The notes: generated by a model from the sequence alone, not told the origin. A stretch of 63,861 bases of DNA, filler included, from Craspedostauros australis (GCA_030167865.1; 14 parts of 14 records of this genome joined end to end with filler, not necessarily neighbours in it); one strand, 5' to 3'. Positions 12,700 to 24,707 are shown, counted from the whole stretch's first letter. Made by a program: numbers and translations.

Positions 12700-13263
12700 G
12701 TTGATGTTGTTTGTGTTGCGGAGATGTTGGGAGGGGGATGATCAGAATGTGTGCGATGAAAGTGTTCATGTCTCAATCAAATGTTGTGTGCATGTTGATG
12801 TGCAAGAAGTGATACAGCGTCACGCCCCAACAAGTCGAGTGATTGCCAACTGTTATGGATCTGTTGCACTGCTCTGAAACCATTGTCGCCAGCAACGATC
12901 ATTGATAGATGGTGGCAACATCTTGGAACGGCCTCATGTTCATTGCTGCATGTGAACATTGGATTCAAATACAGGTGATGGTGTGTTTGAAGTCGCCGAC
13001 ACAACACACGCGGTCCAGCGCTCAGAAAATGAATGGAGATTGACGCCAACCGACACGACAAATTTCGAATCACGAGCCAAGAGCACCAACTTCAACGGCA
13101 CACAAGGGGCCGACGAACAACACACAGCAGGCAACCACCACACCACCGCAACCGGAAGAGACTNNNNNNNNNNNNNNNNNNNNNNNNNNNNNNNNNNNNN
13201 NNNNNNNTTAATTAATTAANNNNNNNNNNNNNNNNNNNNNNNNNNNNNNNNNNNNNNNNNNNN

Positions 13264-13625
13264 AAGTCGTAGCAGAGGACGACACGGTCATCTTTCTTGG
13301 CACCCCACTTGTTGCGGATGAGGTGAGCGCAGTGTCCTGCTTCATCCCAGAGCTGTTGGAAGGTGTAGTTGTTGGTTGCCTTGCCNNNNNNNNNNNNNNN
13401 NNNNNNNNNNNNNNNNNNNNNNNNNNNNNNNNNNNNNNNNNNNNNNNNNNNNNNNNNNNNNNNNNNNNNNNNNNNNACGATGTACTTGATGTGTTCGATG
13501 AAGGACTTGGTTTGGATGGACTTGTGGATGATCTCGTGCTCAGTGGCGTTGGTGTTGGCGGCACCAGCTTCGATGTCATCGTCGACGGCGCGGTTTGCAT
13601 CGGAGGGAGCGGATGGGTTGCTCAT
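13264..13625 (-). CDS. N-terminus of an AMP-binding (fatty acyl-AMP ligase / adenylation-like) protein; 3' partial, with an internal gap
   Basis: YTFQQLWDEAGHCAHLIRNKWGAKKDDRVVLCY matches the T(Y/F).(Q/E)L...A..LA..L...G...GDRV.L start of ANL-family domains. Confidence 0.6.
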
Positions 13626-15023
13626 GTTGGAATGCGTCGTTGAAACGAGGGTTGGTTGCAGATGTGGTTGTGTTCTGTTGTGTTGCGGTTGGTGTGTTGC
13701 GGCGTGGTTACTTTGATCTTGTCGATTTGTGAGTTGTCGGTTCTGGAGCTTCAGAATTGTGAGCAGTTGGAAAAATCATCGGCGTTGTGTTACACCGGGT
13801 GCCTTCTTCGGACACATAAGTGCTCGTACGAGTGCTGTCGCTGCATTTGTTATCCAGCGAGATGAATTCCTTCATCAGATTGTTCCGTTGAAGGATCGTG
13901 GAAGGAAAGCAATGTTGGCTGGTGCGTGTGCTGGTTGGAGTCGTAGGTGTGAACAAGACAATCGCAAGACACAGCGCTCTGTCGCCTCCCATGGCCACAC
14001 TTTGGATCAAGGGTGCAGATTCGAGGTCTGATAGGAGAAGACTGCATACCAGGACTCCACGCAACACGAAAACGAATACAGTTCTGCGGAGCATAGTAGA
14101 GCATAGTACCCAGGATGTCATGACAAAAACCAAAAACATATGTCCGATCGCTGGACAAAGAAGCGTTCATGTGGTGACTGGTGAAGAACCCAAAAACAGT
14201 CGAGCAATTATTGGAGTGGGAAGAGAGCGTACCCTGCACACCCGCGAAGACCCTGACACAGATGTGACAGTCGCACACTCTGAGCAGGAACAGAAATGTC
14301 AACGACTCAAAATGACTCATGTTTGGTGTGTTCTTCTCTTGTTCTCTCTCTTTTTCTTGGTTGGTGACATTCGGTATGCGAGCATCTCTCACCAATTTGG
14401 TGTTGTTGTTCTTTGATCTTGTTCTTGTTCTATTTGGAATCGAGGGTACGAATTTTCAATACACTTCTGGTTGCCGCACCTCCCAATGCCTTCAATCACG
14501 ACTGACTAAGATTCAACTCCTGTTGATCACTCTCGTGACCCATCCCAAACGTGCCTGCTCTCAGTCTTACCAAGAAAAGATAGCCTGTCCTCCTTTGGTC
14601 TGAGAACCATGACAATGAAAACAGCATGTCCTGACATGAACCGACAAAACAACAACATGGTCAGTGATGTTATGTTAGACTTGAGGAATTGGTGATAACG
14701 TAGGGGAGAACGCGTCCTTCTGCAATTGATCAGATCGAGAAGGTGGCGTTCACTGGAAGTCTGTTGGGAGCTCAAATGCTATTACAAACTCAGGAGTTGT
14801 GAGCTTACTCCCTGACCTCTGTTCATGTCCATGCCTCTGCTCTTGCATTCCTCTGTTCTGCAAGCATCGGATAGGATCTTTACATCTCTTCAGGTTCAAC
14901 TGNNNNNNNNNNNNNNNNNNNNNNNNNNNNNNNNNNNNNNNNNNNNNNNNNNNNNNNNNNNNNNNNNNNNNNNNNNNNNNNNNNNNNNNNNNNNNNNNNN
15001 NNNNNNNNNNNNNNNNNNNNNNN

Positions 15024-15634
15024 CATTTCATGGTCCGTGTTGGTTCAGGATACGATTCATACGCACAACTAAGCTGGAACACGAGAGAGAGCTGTGCGGA
15101 ATAAAGCATAATGCTAATATGTTAGACCAGAAGGGGTGCAGGGGCAGTGGGTAGGAGTCGTATCCGACCTGAAGAAACGGAAACCAACAGGTAGGGACGC
15201 AACCCGTGGTCCTGACGGACAGGATCAGAACATCCTTCAGAAAAAGGATCAAAACCGATCAATCGTAAAACAGGTGGAATCAAGGACGCCACAGGATCGA
15301 GGACAAAACCTGTGACAAGATGAATGTAGAGCAAAATGAAACTACTGAAATACACGATGATGTGCATGATGAGATGCATGCAGAGAGCAGGAGATGAAAT
15401 ATCTGAGATGCATGATTAGATGTACATGAAGTACATGCTGCATGACATGATGAAGCAGGAGACAGCACTACATGGGCAAGGGCAAGACTGTGTGCTACTG
15501 TGGATTATGTATGCTATGGCAAATGAAACTGAAAGAGATGGAGATGTTGTGCTCACAGTTCCAACAATGCAATAACAGGAATAGGAGATAACCAGAGCCT
15601 ATAATAGAGACTGGGTTACCCCAGATTTCCAACA
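15024..15634 (+). mobile_element. 3' end of a copia element: RNase H remnant, polypurine tract (15129-15136) and about 500-bp 3' LTR (15137-15634)
   Basis: IRFIRT...EL...KH-like RNase H tail; AGAAGGGG followed by TG; terminus TTCCAACA nearly identical to 1622-1651. Confidence 0.7.
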
Positions 15635-16082
15635 GGCATTCACTACCAGATCCATGTCATCCACGAACGCATACCCCACCATCTGCACTTCTTCCCCGCT
15701 CACCGCCATTGTAAACTTAGCTGTGTGTCCTTCCTTCTTCATAATCTCCAGGACTGGCAATGATATCACTGCCCAGATGACTGGTCCTGATCCATTCCCT
15801 TGAAAAATACCTTGCATAGGCACCACCCATCCACTTCCACCATACGTATTTTTGGACTCTCCGTACGCTGTGTGGATGTCGTGCTCAAGGCGTTGGAGCG
15901 TGCTGAACATGCACACCACCTTGGATTGTGCTATCCCTTGTCGCTGCAGCCCTATCAACGCAATTGAGTGTACCATTCTGTCATAGCAGCTTTTGAGGTC
16001 ATTGGTGCACAATACTGTCGGTGCCTGTGTTTACCTTGCCCAGTCCATAGTGAGTTGTTTGTTCAGTGCTTGATCAATAGCT
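15635..16082 (-). pseudogene. Ambal-like LINE reverse transcriptase fragment, cut by the copia LTR
   Basis: AIDQALNKQLTMDW..NDLKSCYDRMVHS..QGIFQGNGSGPVIW..GYAFVDDMDLVVNA is collinear with ORF2 at about 47073-47520. Confidence 0.9.
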
Positions 16083-16805
16083 CAGTTAGGATTCGTGCGT
16101 AGGCGTCGCGAATCGGTGGAGAATGCCTCGTGAATCTGCCGGCTTCGGGATAGCCGTGTGATGCAGTTCAAGAGAGGTGTGCTGTTTGAATAGTTATAAC
16201 TTGTAACGATGAGAAGTAGAGTGCTTTGTAGCTAATCCTTGTCCGTTATTATGAGTTAGCTTATTGGTGTTAGTAGGGTGAAGAAACGATGCCACACAAC
16301 TTGGCGAGACCCTGCACTGATGCACTTGATTCAGTGCAACAGAGTAGACAGTCAATACAGTACCTTGCTCTCCGCACATGTAGTTACACTGCAGTGTAGG
16401 TCATGACAATCAGTGGTGACGGTCATGAAGCAGTGGCTGTGGCTGAAGCTGACACTCGGATTCCATTGCTTGAGTTGAAGCAAGTTGGATACGCATGNNN
16501 NNNNNNNNNNNNNNNNNNNNNNNNNNNNNNNNNNNNNNNNNTTAATTAATTAANNNNNNNNNNNNNNNNNNNNNNNNNNNNNNNNNNNNNNNNNNNNTGG
16601 TTAGTGAACTTTGGCCTAAAAAAGACCTGGTTAGTGAACTTGCTCGTTCGGATTCGGCCAGATTCGTGAATTGGCACTAAATCTGAACAAAAAGTCAACG
16701 ACAACGACAACCACGACCACGACCAAAACTTTGGAAGTAAAACAAAATGAATGGCTGTTGTTGGTTTGCGCCTGGAATTGGTATCTTTTGCCGGGACTGT
16801 GGGAA

Positions 16806-16850
16806 CAGAATATCATTCTGTTTACGACGCGTAAACAGAATGATATTCTG
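16806..16850. repeat. Perfect 21-bp inverted repeat with 3-nt loop
   Basis: CAGAATATCATTCTGTTTACG (16806-16826), ACG, CGTAAACAGAATGATATTCTG (16830-16850). Confidence 0.95.
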
Positions 16851-17181
16851 CTCGCCGAGGGGGAAGTTCGCATCCCGCCCCCTGAAAAGTGTCTCTATCA
16901 GGTTATGACTCCCTCGTGGGACTGCTCGGGACTGGGGGAACAGAATGCGAAAGTCCTCTAATAGAGTTCTCTGCGGATGGAGTGTGAACTTCACCTTCAA
17001 TCCGAACAAATCGTCTTGGACATATCGTCTCGAAATCGTCGTTCGAACCACCCCAAGTCCAGCGCTGACCGAACACAATGCTACACGACCGGCTACACTG
17101 CAAAACGCAACGAAAAGTGTCGCACAACGCAGCCCAAACCCGCAGCAGAGCAAAGCCAGACAATAAGCAACTTCTCAGCGC

Positions 17182-17937
17182 TTGCGATGCCGGCTGGATT
17201 CATCAGCCATGGACATGGACCACTCGAACGAGCTCATAAAACGACAGAGCACCAAAATGAACAACAAAACACTTCCGTCACACGCTCCGACTCCAACCCC
17301 AACTCGCACACCCCCTCCTGCAGCGGCTGCTTCGGAAAACGTTGAGCAGGTCCAAACCATGCATCTCACCAACAAAGATGTCGTCCTCGGACGTGGCAAT
17401 GACATCAAGGACTCTGATGGGAGTGCCAAGTTCCGTACTTGTGGGGATGGATTGTTAGCTGAGTACAACAACGCAGGCAGCACGAACGGAAGGAAGAATG
17501 TGGCCGAGAAGTTCTACCGTGCTGTGATCAACTACGGAGGACGATTCCTGGAGAAGGTTGGTGACACGTACGTGGTAATCGAAGAGGAACGAGCCATCAA
17601 CAAGTGTAGCGCTTACTTTCGGTCAGTAAAGAACAAACCACGAAGGGAGGAGCGTGTGTCATCGAAGAGAGAGCATGCAAGGGAGGCAACGGCAAAGAAA
17701 AAGAAGAGAAATGGGACGGCAGAGGAGGCGCAGCAGTCCAGCCCATCCGATTCGGGTGAAATTGCAAGTCGCGTCCAGGAAACCACCCGCTTCGAGCGAG
17801 AGGAAGACACCGTAGCACCAAGTCTCGACCAGCTCGACGACTTTGACTTCGAATCAACATTTCTCACCGCAACCGACGGTGTTACATCTGCTCCTTGCTC
17901 CGTGGAGGATCTGCGCAGACTATTGGCCAACATGTGA
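17182..17937 (+). CDS. DUF6824-domain protein (family expanded in diatoms); start may be a downstream Met
   Basis: DVVLGRG.......G...FR......Y......K...A....V...GGRFL.......V....A..K.S..FR is the DUF6824 pattern. Confidence 0.75.
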   Translation: MRCRLDSSAMDMDHSNELIKRQSTKMNNKTLPSHAPTPTPTRTPPPAAAASENVEQVQTMHLTNKDVVLGRGNDIKDSDGSAKFRTCGDGLLAEYNNAGSTNGRKNVAEKFYRAVINYGGRFLEKVGDTYVVIEEERAINKCSAYFRSVKNKPRREERVSSKREHAREATAKKKKRNGTAEEAQQSSPSDSGEIASRVQETTRFEREEDTVAPSLDQLDDFDFESTFLTATDGVTSAPCSVEDLRRLLANM

Positions 17938-20317
17938 ACATACAGGCCACACCTCACACCAAATAGCCTGCATTGAGCCCCATAAAAATACACAGAATAC
18001 ATAAAGTAGGACTCACATACATACAACCAGTAGGACGTCCCACGTTTCCCGAGTATGGAATCGTTTTCGTTCATGGCGCAGGAGGCGACTCATAGCGCTG
18101 ACCTGCACAGCGCAACGCCTGCCCTCCCAGCACTTCGTTCGAAGCACGATCATAGCTTTGTCAGATCATCAGCCACGACATGCACGAGGCCATACGAGGA
18201 CATACGAGTACAAGGACTCTCTCACTCTCTCCGCTCGTGGAGAGTAAAACTCGCGCCGTCCATGTAGCCTAGCGCTTTAATCCGTGATGATGCAATGTCT
18301 CTGTCGGACGAATCTCCAGGCGAAACAGCTGTTGACGGTCATGCAAAAGGTTGGAGCCGAACAGGACGACAGACGGACTGGGAGAGGCCATTTGATGATT
18401 CTTCCTCGGCGATGTCAATTCCAAACCCACCAAAATGGAAGATTCGAACTTTGCAACATAGCAGGAACAAACAAACCATGAATGTTGAGCGGTATCATGC
18501 TCATAGGATACTCTACCATGCATACTCGAGTCGGCGCAGATGCACGGATACCTACCTGCAGTTCACGCGTATATGCTCTATCCAGTGATGATGACGACGG
18601 TTGGTTCTGGTTCGTCGCAACTTCAAATCATATGTTGCTCCCAGAAGCGTTCAACGTGCAACAAGGAAGACTGCCTTCGTCAACTCCAGCTATATCTTCA
18701 TCCACAGTGGCTACTCAAATGATCTTTCAATATGGCGTAATGCATACTCGTACGATCAGAGCACCAGACTCCCAGCACATTCTCCACTCGCGCACAGCCG
18801 GTCCGTGTTCATTGTGGCTACATAAGACACAGTTACCGGGCAACATCGTCACCATTCACCATTCCTGTTGCTGGATTCGAACGCACAGCCGAATGAAACC
18901 CAACTCAACCATGCCAGGGCAATCCAGTGGACCACAGAGGTCAAGAGTATTGTACCGAAGAGGAACCGCCGATGATCTGCCAGCGAAGTTGCTTTTGCGA
19001 CTCGTATGACGAAACTGATCGCTTCGCACAAGGCGGGAGACTTCGCCAAACCTGGTATCGCACTTCATTATTGTCCCTTCGCCGGAGTACCACACGATCG
19101 TCCACGAACGATGACGTGTGAATCTAACAAGCGATGTCTTGTGGTCCCGAAAGCGATGTCTTGTGTGGTTCATTTTGTGGTTGTCGCTTGATTGGTCAGC
19201 AGATCTTCGGACAGGCGGACAGAATCACGATCTGATTGTTCTCTGTCACCAAAACCGGCGCAACCACGGCCGCAGAAATCAACCGGTTCGCGGAGGCCAA
19301 ATCACGCCACGTCACGCCACACCATACCACCATGCCAAACCTATCTTAGCAATGGCCAGGATAAGACGTTATTCACATCGTCTTTGCTCTATGACTTCAA
19401 CGCCCTTGTGCCCTCTCGTACGAGTATATATGATTACATGTCCATTCGAACACTCAAGACGCTTGATAGGCAGTGTAGTATGGAGTCGTGTCGTGCATTC
19501 ACTCACACTCGTTTTGCATACGAGTACAGGTGGCGAGGCTGACTGGCGACATTGGAATTCGTCGCCTTTTTGGCGTTTGATAGGATCGGCAATGCTCATG
19601 TCATGGCACCCAATATATATATATGGAATAGTAGATATTGTACATATACTATCATACTTGCAGACGAATGTGATGGTGCATAGCCTCATTAGCATCAATG
19701 CCATACGGTCTACGAGTAGAGTATAAAAAGCGCTCGCCGGTACCGAGAGGAAGCCTCGTGATGGGTCAAAATCCTCCAGGGGGAGTTTCGAAGAGTGCCG
19801 CGACATTCACAATTTGTGTGTAGCAAAGCAGGAGCGCGCAGCCCATTCACATACAGCATGACACGCACCATGGACTGCGCACTTGCTTCGAATGGTTTGG
19901 GTTGCGGACATGTGTCGTACTACAGCACGATGCAACGGAGCGCATACCGTAGGTACGATCGGATAGCACCCGGAATCGAAGCGCTCTCCGAGTACGCGAG
20001 CATCCCTCCATCGCGTGGGCAACACCATGCAAAAGGATAATCTTCAATTTGTCTCGGGAATAAGATATATTTGTATTGTGATACATGTATCTGTCTGTGT
20101 ATTGATTAGTCGATTGATTTCCACTTGGTGCTGCCATGCACTAGTAGCACTGCTTGGGTACTTGGGTGGCATTGTGCCGCCTCTGCGACTGCGAACTGTA
20201 CGAGTATTGTGTATCCAAGCTTCCTTTCGATCGTTCTCTGACCATGGAATGCATGGTATGGACCCGGCCTCTCGCCATCGGCATTGCACAACATCGACTT
20301 CGATTCCTGGCCGCCCT

Positions 20318-21048
20318 TCAATCCTCGTTCGCCGTGATCCCACTTTTCGACCACAAGGCGCGACCGTACTGGTAGACCTTGAGCACATTGATTGCTGATG
20401 ACTTCCAGTACTGCTTGCCAGATGATGCTCTCCGTTTGTCGGCACGGAGCCGTCTCAACTCCTCCTGAAGATCTTGCGGTATTGATGGGCAGCCTTTGCA
20501 GATGTGGTTGTTTGCGAGATTCTGTGCAGATTGGTACAGCATCCCGAGTGATGCTGCGGTGGTATGGATAGCAACGTCGTCAGAAGGAGCAACCGCATTG
20601 GCGGTGTTGGCGGTAATACGGAAGGAAGATGTAACAAGAAGTTGCAGGTTGTGAGAATGGGCTCTCCTCCTGCGGAACTGTTGTTTGAAACGCCAATCGA
20701 GCACAACGCTCACGCCTGTGTCATTCAATCCACGTCAACGCACGCTGTGCAGCTCAGCTCTTCCCCCCAAACCAACCAAGCAACCAACGTACGCGTCGCG
20801 TCATTCGAGAATGCTGGCTTACCTGGGAAATAGACTGACCCCGAAATTCTTTGCGACTTGAGATTCTGTTCACCAGTTGCCTCGCTGTCCTGGCTGCTAC
20901 AGTGGCGACATCGCAATCCAATCTGTCCTAACTCAATGTTGCGATTCTGCTTCCCTGTCCCAATCTTGATGTCTTCCGCAGTTGCTCGAAACACTTCGAT
21001 CTGTTTCCTCAACAAGCACTGGTATTGGGAGAGCGTCGCCTTGTCTGA
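20318..21048 (-). CDS. Diatom-family Cys/His hypothetical protein, 5' partial; exons 21048-20823 and 20553-20318
   Basis: LS.YQCLLRKQIEVF..GQIGLRCRHC..GSVYFP joins through a GTAAGC...CAG intron (20822-20554) to ASLGMLYQSAQN..HI...C..IP..GKQYW, restoring the recurrent family motif. Confidence 0.75.
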
Positions 21049-21851
21049 NNNNNNNNNNNNNNNNNNNNNNNNNNNNNNNNNNNNNNNNNNNNTTAATTAA
21101 TTAANNNNNNNNNNNNNNNNNNNNNNNNNNNNNNNNNNNNNNNNNNNNTGAAGCATGAAAAGGCCATCACCTGTCAATATTGTGTGAGTGTGGTGTGTAT
21201 GATTTGGTACTATTGGCGGATTTAGAGTATCGAAGATGTGATGATCTCTGTGGCAGCCGGTGTGCCTCCATCAGCGTCTGTCATCATACGGAAGTACGCC
21301 TGCCAACAAGCGAGTTTGCAAAAGTTGAACACAACAAATTCAGCTAAAAATACGCAAAATACGCTAACTTCGACCAATTCACACTGTCAGAATCTGCATT
21401 TTGGCATACTTCTGCCGCCTACATCATCCAAAACAAGAAAAATTAACAATTATGCACGCTTTCGAACGCCTGATGTGACGTCACGATACAGAATTGCGGG
21501 AAGACATCCACGAACAGAAGGGAGGGACGGAACGCATCGATGATAAAACCTGTCGTAGTGACACACAGGATGGTATCGCATTCTGCTGTCGTGGTACCTG
21601 GCACCGACAGAGACGAGAGACAACCACACGAGTTTTGAAGGAAGGAAGAGTCACTAAAAACAGGCAATTTGGTTACCGCTCCCCCCACTTTTGATGACGT
21701 CGTTGGTGTCTCAACACATGTCGCAAAAAAGATAAGTTGCAATCATTTCGGAACGGAGGAATATAATATTACGAGCTACACCATCGCGTTGATCCTCTTC
21801 TTCTTCTTTCGGTGCGACCTATACGAGCTATTATACAATACTCTCCGGAGT

Positions 21852-22487
21852 TCATTCTGCTCCCTCCTTCTTGCCAATGAATTGCACGACCGCAGCTTTT
21901 CCGGTGTGATAGGTTCCCTCCACCACCTCTCGGACGATCTCTTCATTCTTTTCTGTCACCAGCGCACTGCCAAATGCCTTCGACAGTATGTCCGAGCTGT
22001 ACATCATCTCGGGTCCCGGCGGACCGCCCGTCTTGAATTCCAGCTGCTTGGGCGTGTAGCACTCCAGAATGAATCGGCCGCCAGGTTTCAACGACGCGGG
22101 GATGGCCTCGAGCACTTTGGTGCGGATCGGCGCAGGCAGATGGCAGGAGATGCCAACGATGCAGTCCCACTTCTGCGTGCCGAGATCGTACTGCGCCAGA
22201 TCGGCCACGATGGTCTCGATCGTGACGCATTCGTCTTTCGCCAGTCGCTGCGCCTTGTCCATGCCGACCTTGGAGAAATCCACCGAAACGACCTGGTATC
22301 CCTGCTTCGCCATGAAGACACCGTTGCGGCCTTCCCCGTCCGCCAGAAGCAGGCATCGCTTGCCGGCACCGGTTAACTTCATGGACTCAACCGTCTGAGC
22401 CAAGAAGTCATTCGGCTGCTTGCCGTACGCGAAGTCGTCGCCGACGGCCTCCTTGCCGTATCTCTCATCCCAAAAGTTGCCCTTCAT
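21852..22487 (-). CDS. Class I SAM-dependent methyltransferase, bacterial type (TehB-like / Methyltransf_25)
   Basis: FWDERY..AYG.QPNDFL, motif I LLLADGEGRNG, VDFS.VG..KA, LKPGG.FILE.YTP.QL..TGGP and EG.YH.G. Intronless. Confidence 0.9.
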   Translation of the reverse strand: MKGNFWDERYGKEAVGDDFAYGKQPNDFLAQTVESMKLTGAGKRCLLLADGEGRNGVFMAKQGYQVVSVDFSKVGMDKAQRLAKDECVTIETIVADLAQYDLGTQKWDCIVGISCHLPAPIRTKVLEAIPASLKPGGRFILECYTPKQLEFKTGGPPGPEMMYSSDILSKAFGSALVTEKNEEIVREVVEGTYHTGKAAVVQFIGKKEGAE

Positions 22488-23702
22488 CGTGCCCTCTCTT
22501 GTGTCTGGTCTTGTCTTCTCTTCTTGCCTGTTGTGCTGTGGGGATTGAACTCCTTTGCTTTATGACTTGCTCTACTCCTCTATGCCCGACTTGCTATACT
22601 CGTGCGCAAGTAATGAGAGTGTGGTCACTTCCTCGATTGATTGCAACGTTTCGTTGATGCGCGGATTGCTGCAGATGCTCCTCCTCATTACTGTATCTGT
22701 TCTTGTTCTTGTTCCTGTTGTTGTGTTTGGTGATGTCCAAAGATGCGAGTTTGACAAACGCGAACCATCGAACCTTCTTTGATCCTCCTGGATGTTCGAG
22801 GAATATCGAATGAAATCTGTGCACGCAAGCCGCTCTTCATGACGTTAACGAAGTCGTTACACACGCCGAACGGGTGTCTCTTCAAGTTGGCCATCCATCA
22901 CTATCGACAATCGTCAAAACTGCCTGGAAAAAGCGTCAAAATGGAAAGAAATGAGGATATCGCTGCGATCGTCACCGCTGTTGGTACTGGAGACCACTGT
23001 GCGGCAAAGCGTATACCCCATGGCATTATCGTATCCACTCGACTTGCGTCCATCGATGCGGCCCAGTGCTTCGTTTGGGGGTGAAGTTCCAGGCTGTTCT
23101 ATCCTGACGAGCAGGCGAGAGAGAGAGAGAACGTATAACGGGGCTGTAAACTCTGCAAGCTGCTTGCCACATGCGCTGGTATGCTGCGCTCCTCATCGAC
23201 ATGCATACTCGTGCATGCAATACTTGCGCCGCTGTCATCTCAAGTGTTGCATGCCGAATCAATGCCCAAGATCGTGGGCCATCGATGCCTTGCTCCTCCG
23301 TACCGCTCCGGCCATCGCAGTGCGTTCAACTCATCCTGATGCCAGCAACGACATCGAACGCACCAAGAGATGATCGCGACAAGACATTGCTATTCGATGT
23401 GTGTGTGTGTGCGCGCGCGTGTGTGTGGTGCTAAATACAGTGGAGTATGTTATCACAGCTTAGGGGACTCCATGCTGAGAGAGCAGCGAAGTGCCATTGT
23501 GGAACACCCTTGGGACGGTCATCATCCCAAAGCCCCAGACTCTCCTGCTTCTCTGCCCTGCGTCTAATTGATGTCATTTTCTTCTTTGCCTTTTGCGTGT
23601 TTTAACTTTCGCTTTGCTTTGTACTATCGCTGTTTGTGTTGTGCTGTGTTGTGAACCATGATTGGATTGTGCTATGTCGCATCGCATCGTTGGTGATGAT
23701 AC

Positions 23703-24707
23703 TCAGTTCGCCAACCGCCCGCGCAGTTCTGCCCACGCGCCTTTGACGTCGTCCATGTAATCCTCAATGACGATCTCATCGTAGAGGCCGCGCGCCCGTG
23801 CCCCCTGCCGGCAATCCAACGTGGATTCCATGCAGGCCATGGCGATGAACTCCGGATCATGAAATCCCTCCTCGCGTTGCAGATCCTGCTCGTTGAGCAC
23901 GGCCGCGCGCGTTTGCACCTTGTTGCGGCTGCGCTGTCGTGCGCCGGCCTTTGTGCGCGCTTCCAAGCCGCGGGCGCAGAGGGGGAAGGCGAAGGGGAGG
24001 TCCGCGGCCGTCGGCGTTGTTGCGTCTGCCTGATTGATGGCATGCAGCATGGTGCGCGGATTGCGACCGGCCGCGGGGTTGTTGTTGTTGTTGGGCGTGG
24101 GATGCATGGTGCGTTCACATATCCGCTGTCCCGTCATCATCTTCTGCACGGTGTACTTGATCTCCTGCTTCATGCAGCGATACTCGTGTTCAGCGTACCA
24201 CAGCAGATCGATCTCGCCTGCTTCAAAGTCGTCCAAGTGGCGGATCTCGCGGAACCGCACGGACGGTGCGAAATGGATCTTGCGGCTTTTCTTCTTCTGT
24301 TCTATCGTGGGTGAGGACGCCAGCTTCTCGCACACCACCGCTATCGTCGACGGCGTCACGGTGTGATTGGACGGTGCCTTCTTGGCTGCCCTCTTGTGGC
24401 TGCTCTCGCTGGCGCAGCTGCTGTCGCTGCCGTCCAAATCGAGCGGGGATCGCGGCGAGGCATTGCCGTCGTACTCTGGCAACGGTGGCAGCAGCGGCGA
24501 CTCCAACGGTGCATCGCACGACGGGGTGAGCGTCGCTATCGACGCCGAAGTCGACGTTGACACTGCAGTTGATGCTTCTGTGCTATCCACATTGCTTCCG
24601 GCGTCAGCCATTGCGGAGGCCGCCTCAAGCTCCATCATCGGCAGCGACGACAATGACATCTGAGGGACTGTTGGTAAGAGCACGGCTGGTGCGCTGATTG
24701 TCGCCAT
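23703..24707 (-). CDS. Diatom-family hypothetical protein (V.F..SV..LWY...EY..C.RGLE..AVL.EQ motif family)
   Basis: 334-aa ORF with strong GC3 bias; motif set shared with 26133-26705. Confidence 0.8.
   Translation of the reverse strand: MATISAPAVLLPTVPQMSLSSLPMMELEAASAMADAGSNVDSTEASTAVSTSTSASIATLTPSCDAPLESPLLPPLPEYDGNASPRSPLDLDGSDSSCASESSHKRAAKKAPSNHTVTPSTIAVVCEKLASSPTIEQKKKSRKIHFAPSVRFREIRHLDDFEAGEIDLLWYAEHEYRCMKQEIKYTVQKMMTGQRICERTMHPTPNNNNNPAAGRNPRTMLHAINQADATTPTAADLPFAFPLCARGLEARTKAGARQRSRNKVQTRAAVLNEQDLQREEGFHDPEFIAMACMESTLDCRQGARARGLYDEIVIEDYMDDVKGAWAELRGRLAN

Noticed and set aside
15120..15634. Solo LTR starting at TGTTAG (15120)
   Set aside because: The flanks TAATA and GGCAT are not a TSD. 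An upstream RNase H remnant and PPT fit a 3' LTR starting near 15137 better.
23398..23427. Alternating (GT)n(GC)n tract; also (TTGCG)5 at 26781-26805 and scattered (GA)n runs
   Set aside because: Ordinary microsatellites, common in this sequence, with no evidence of function.
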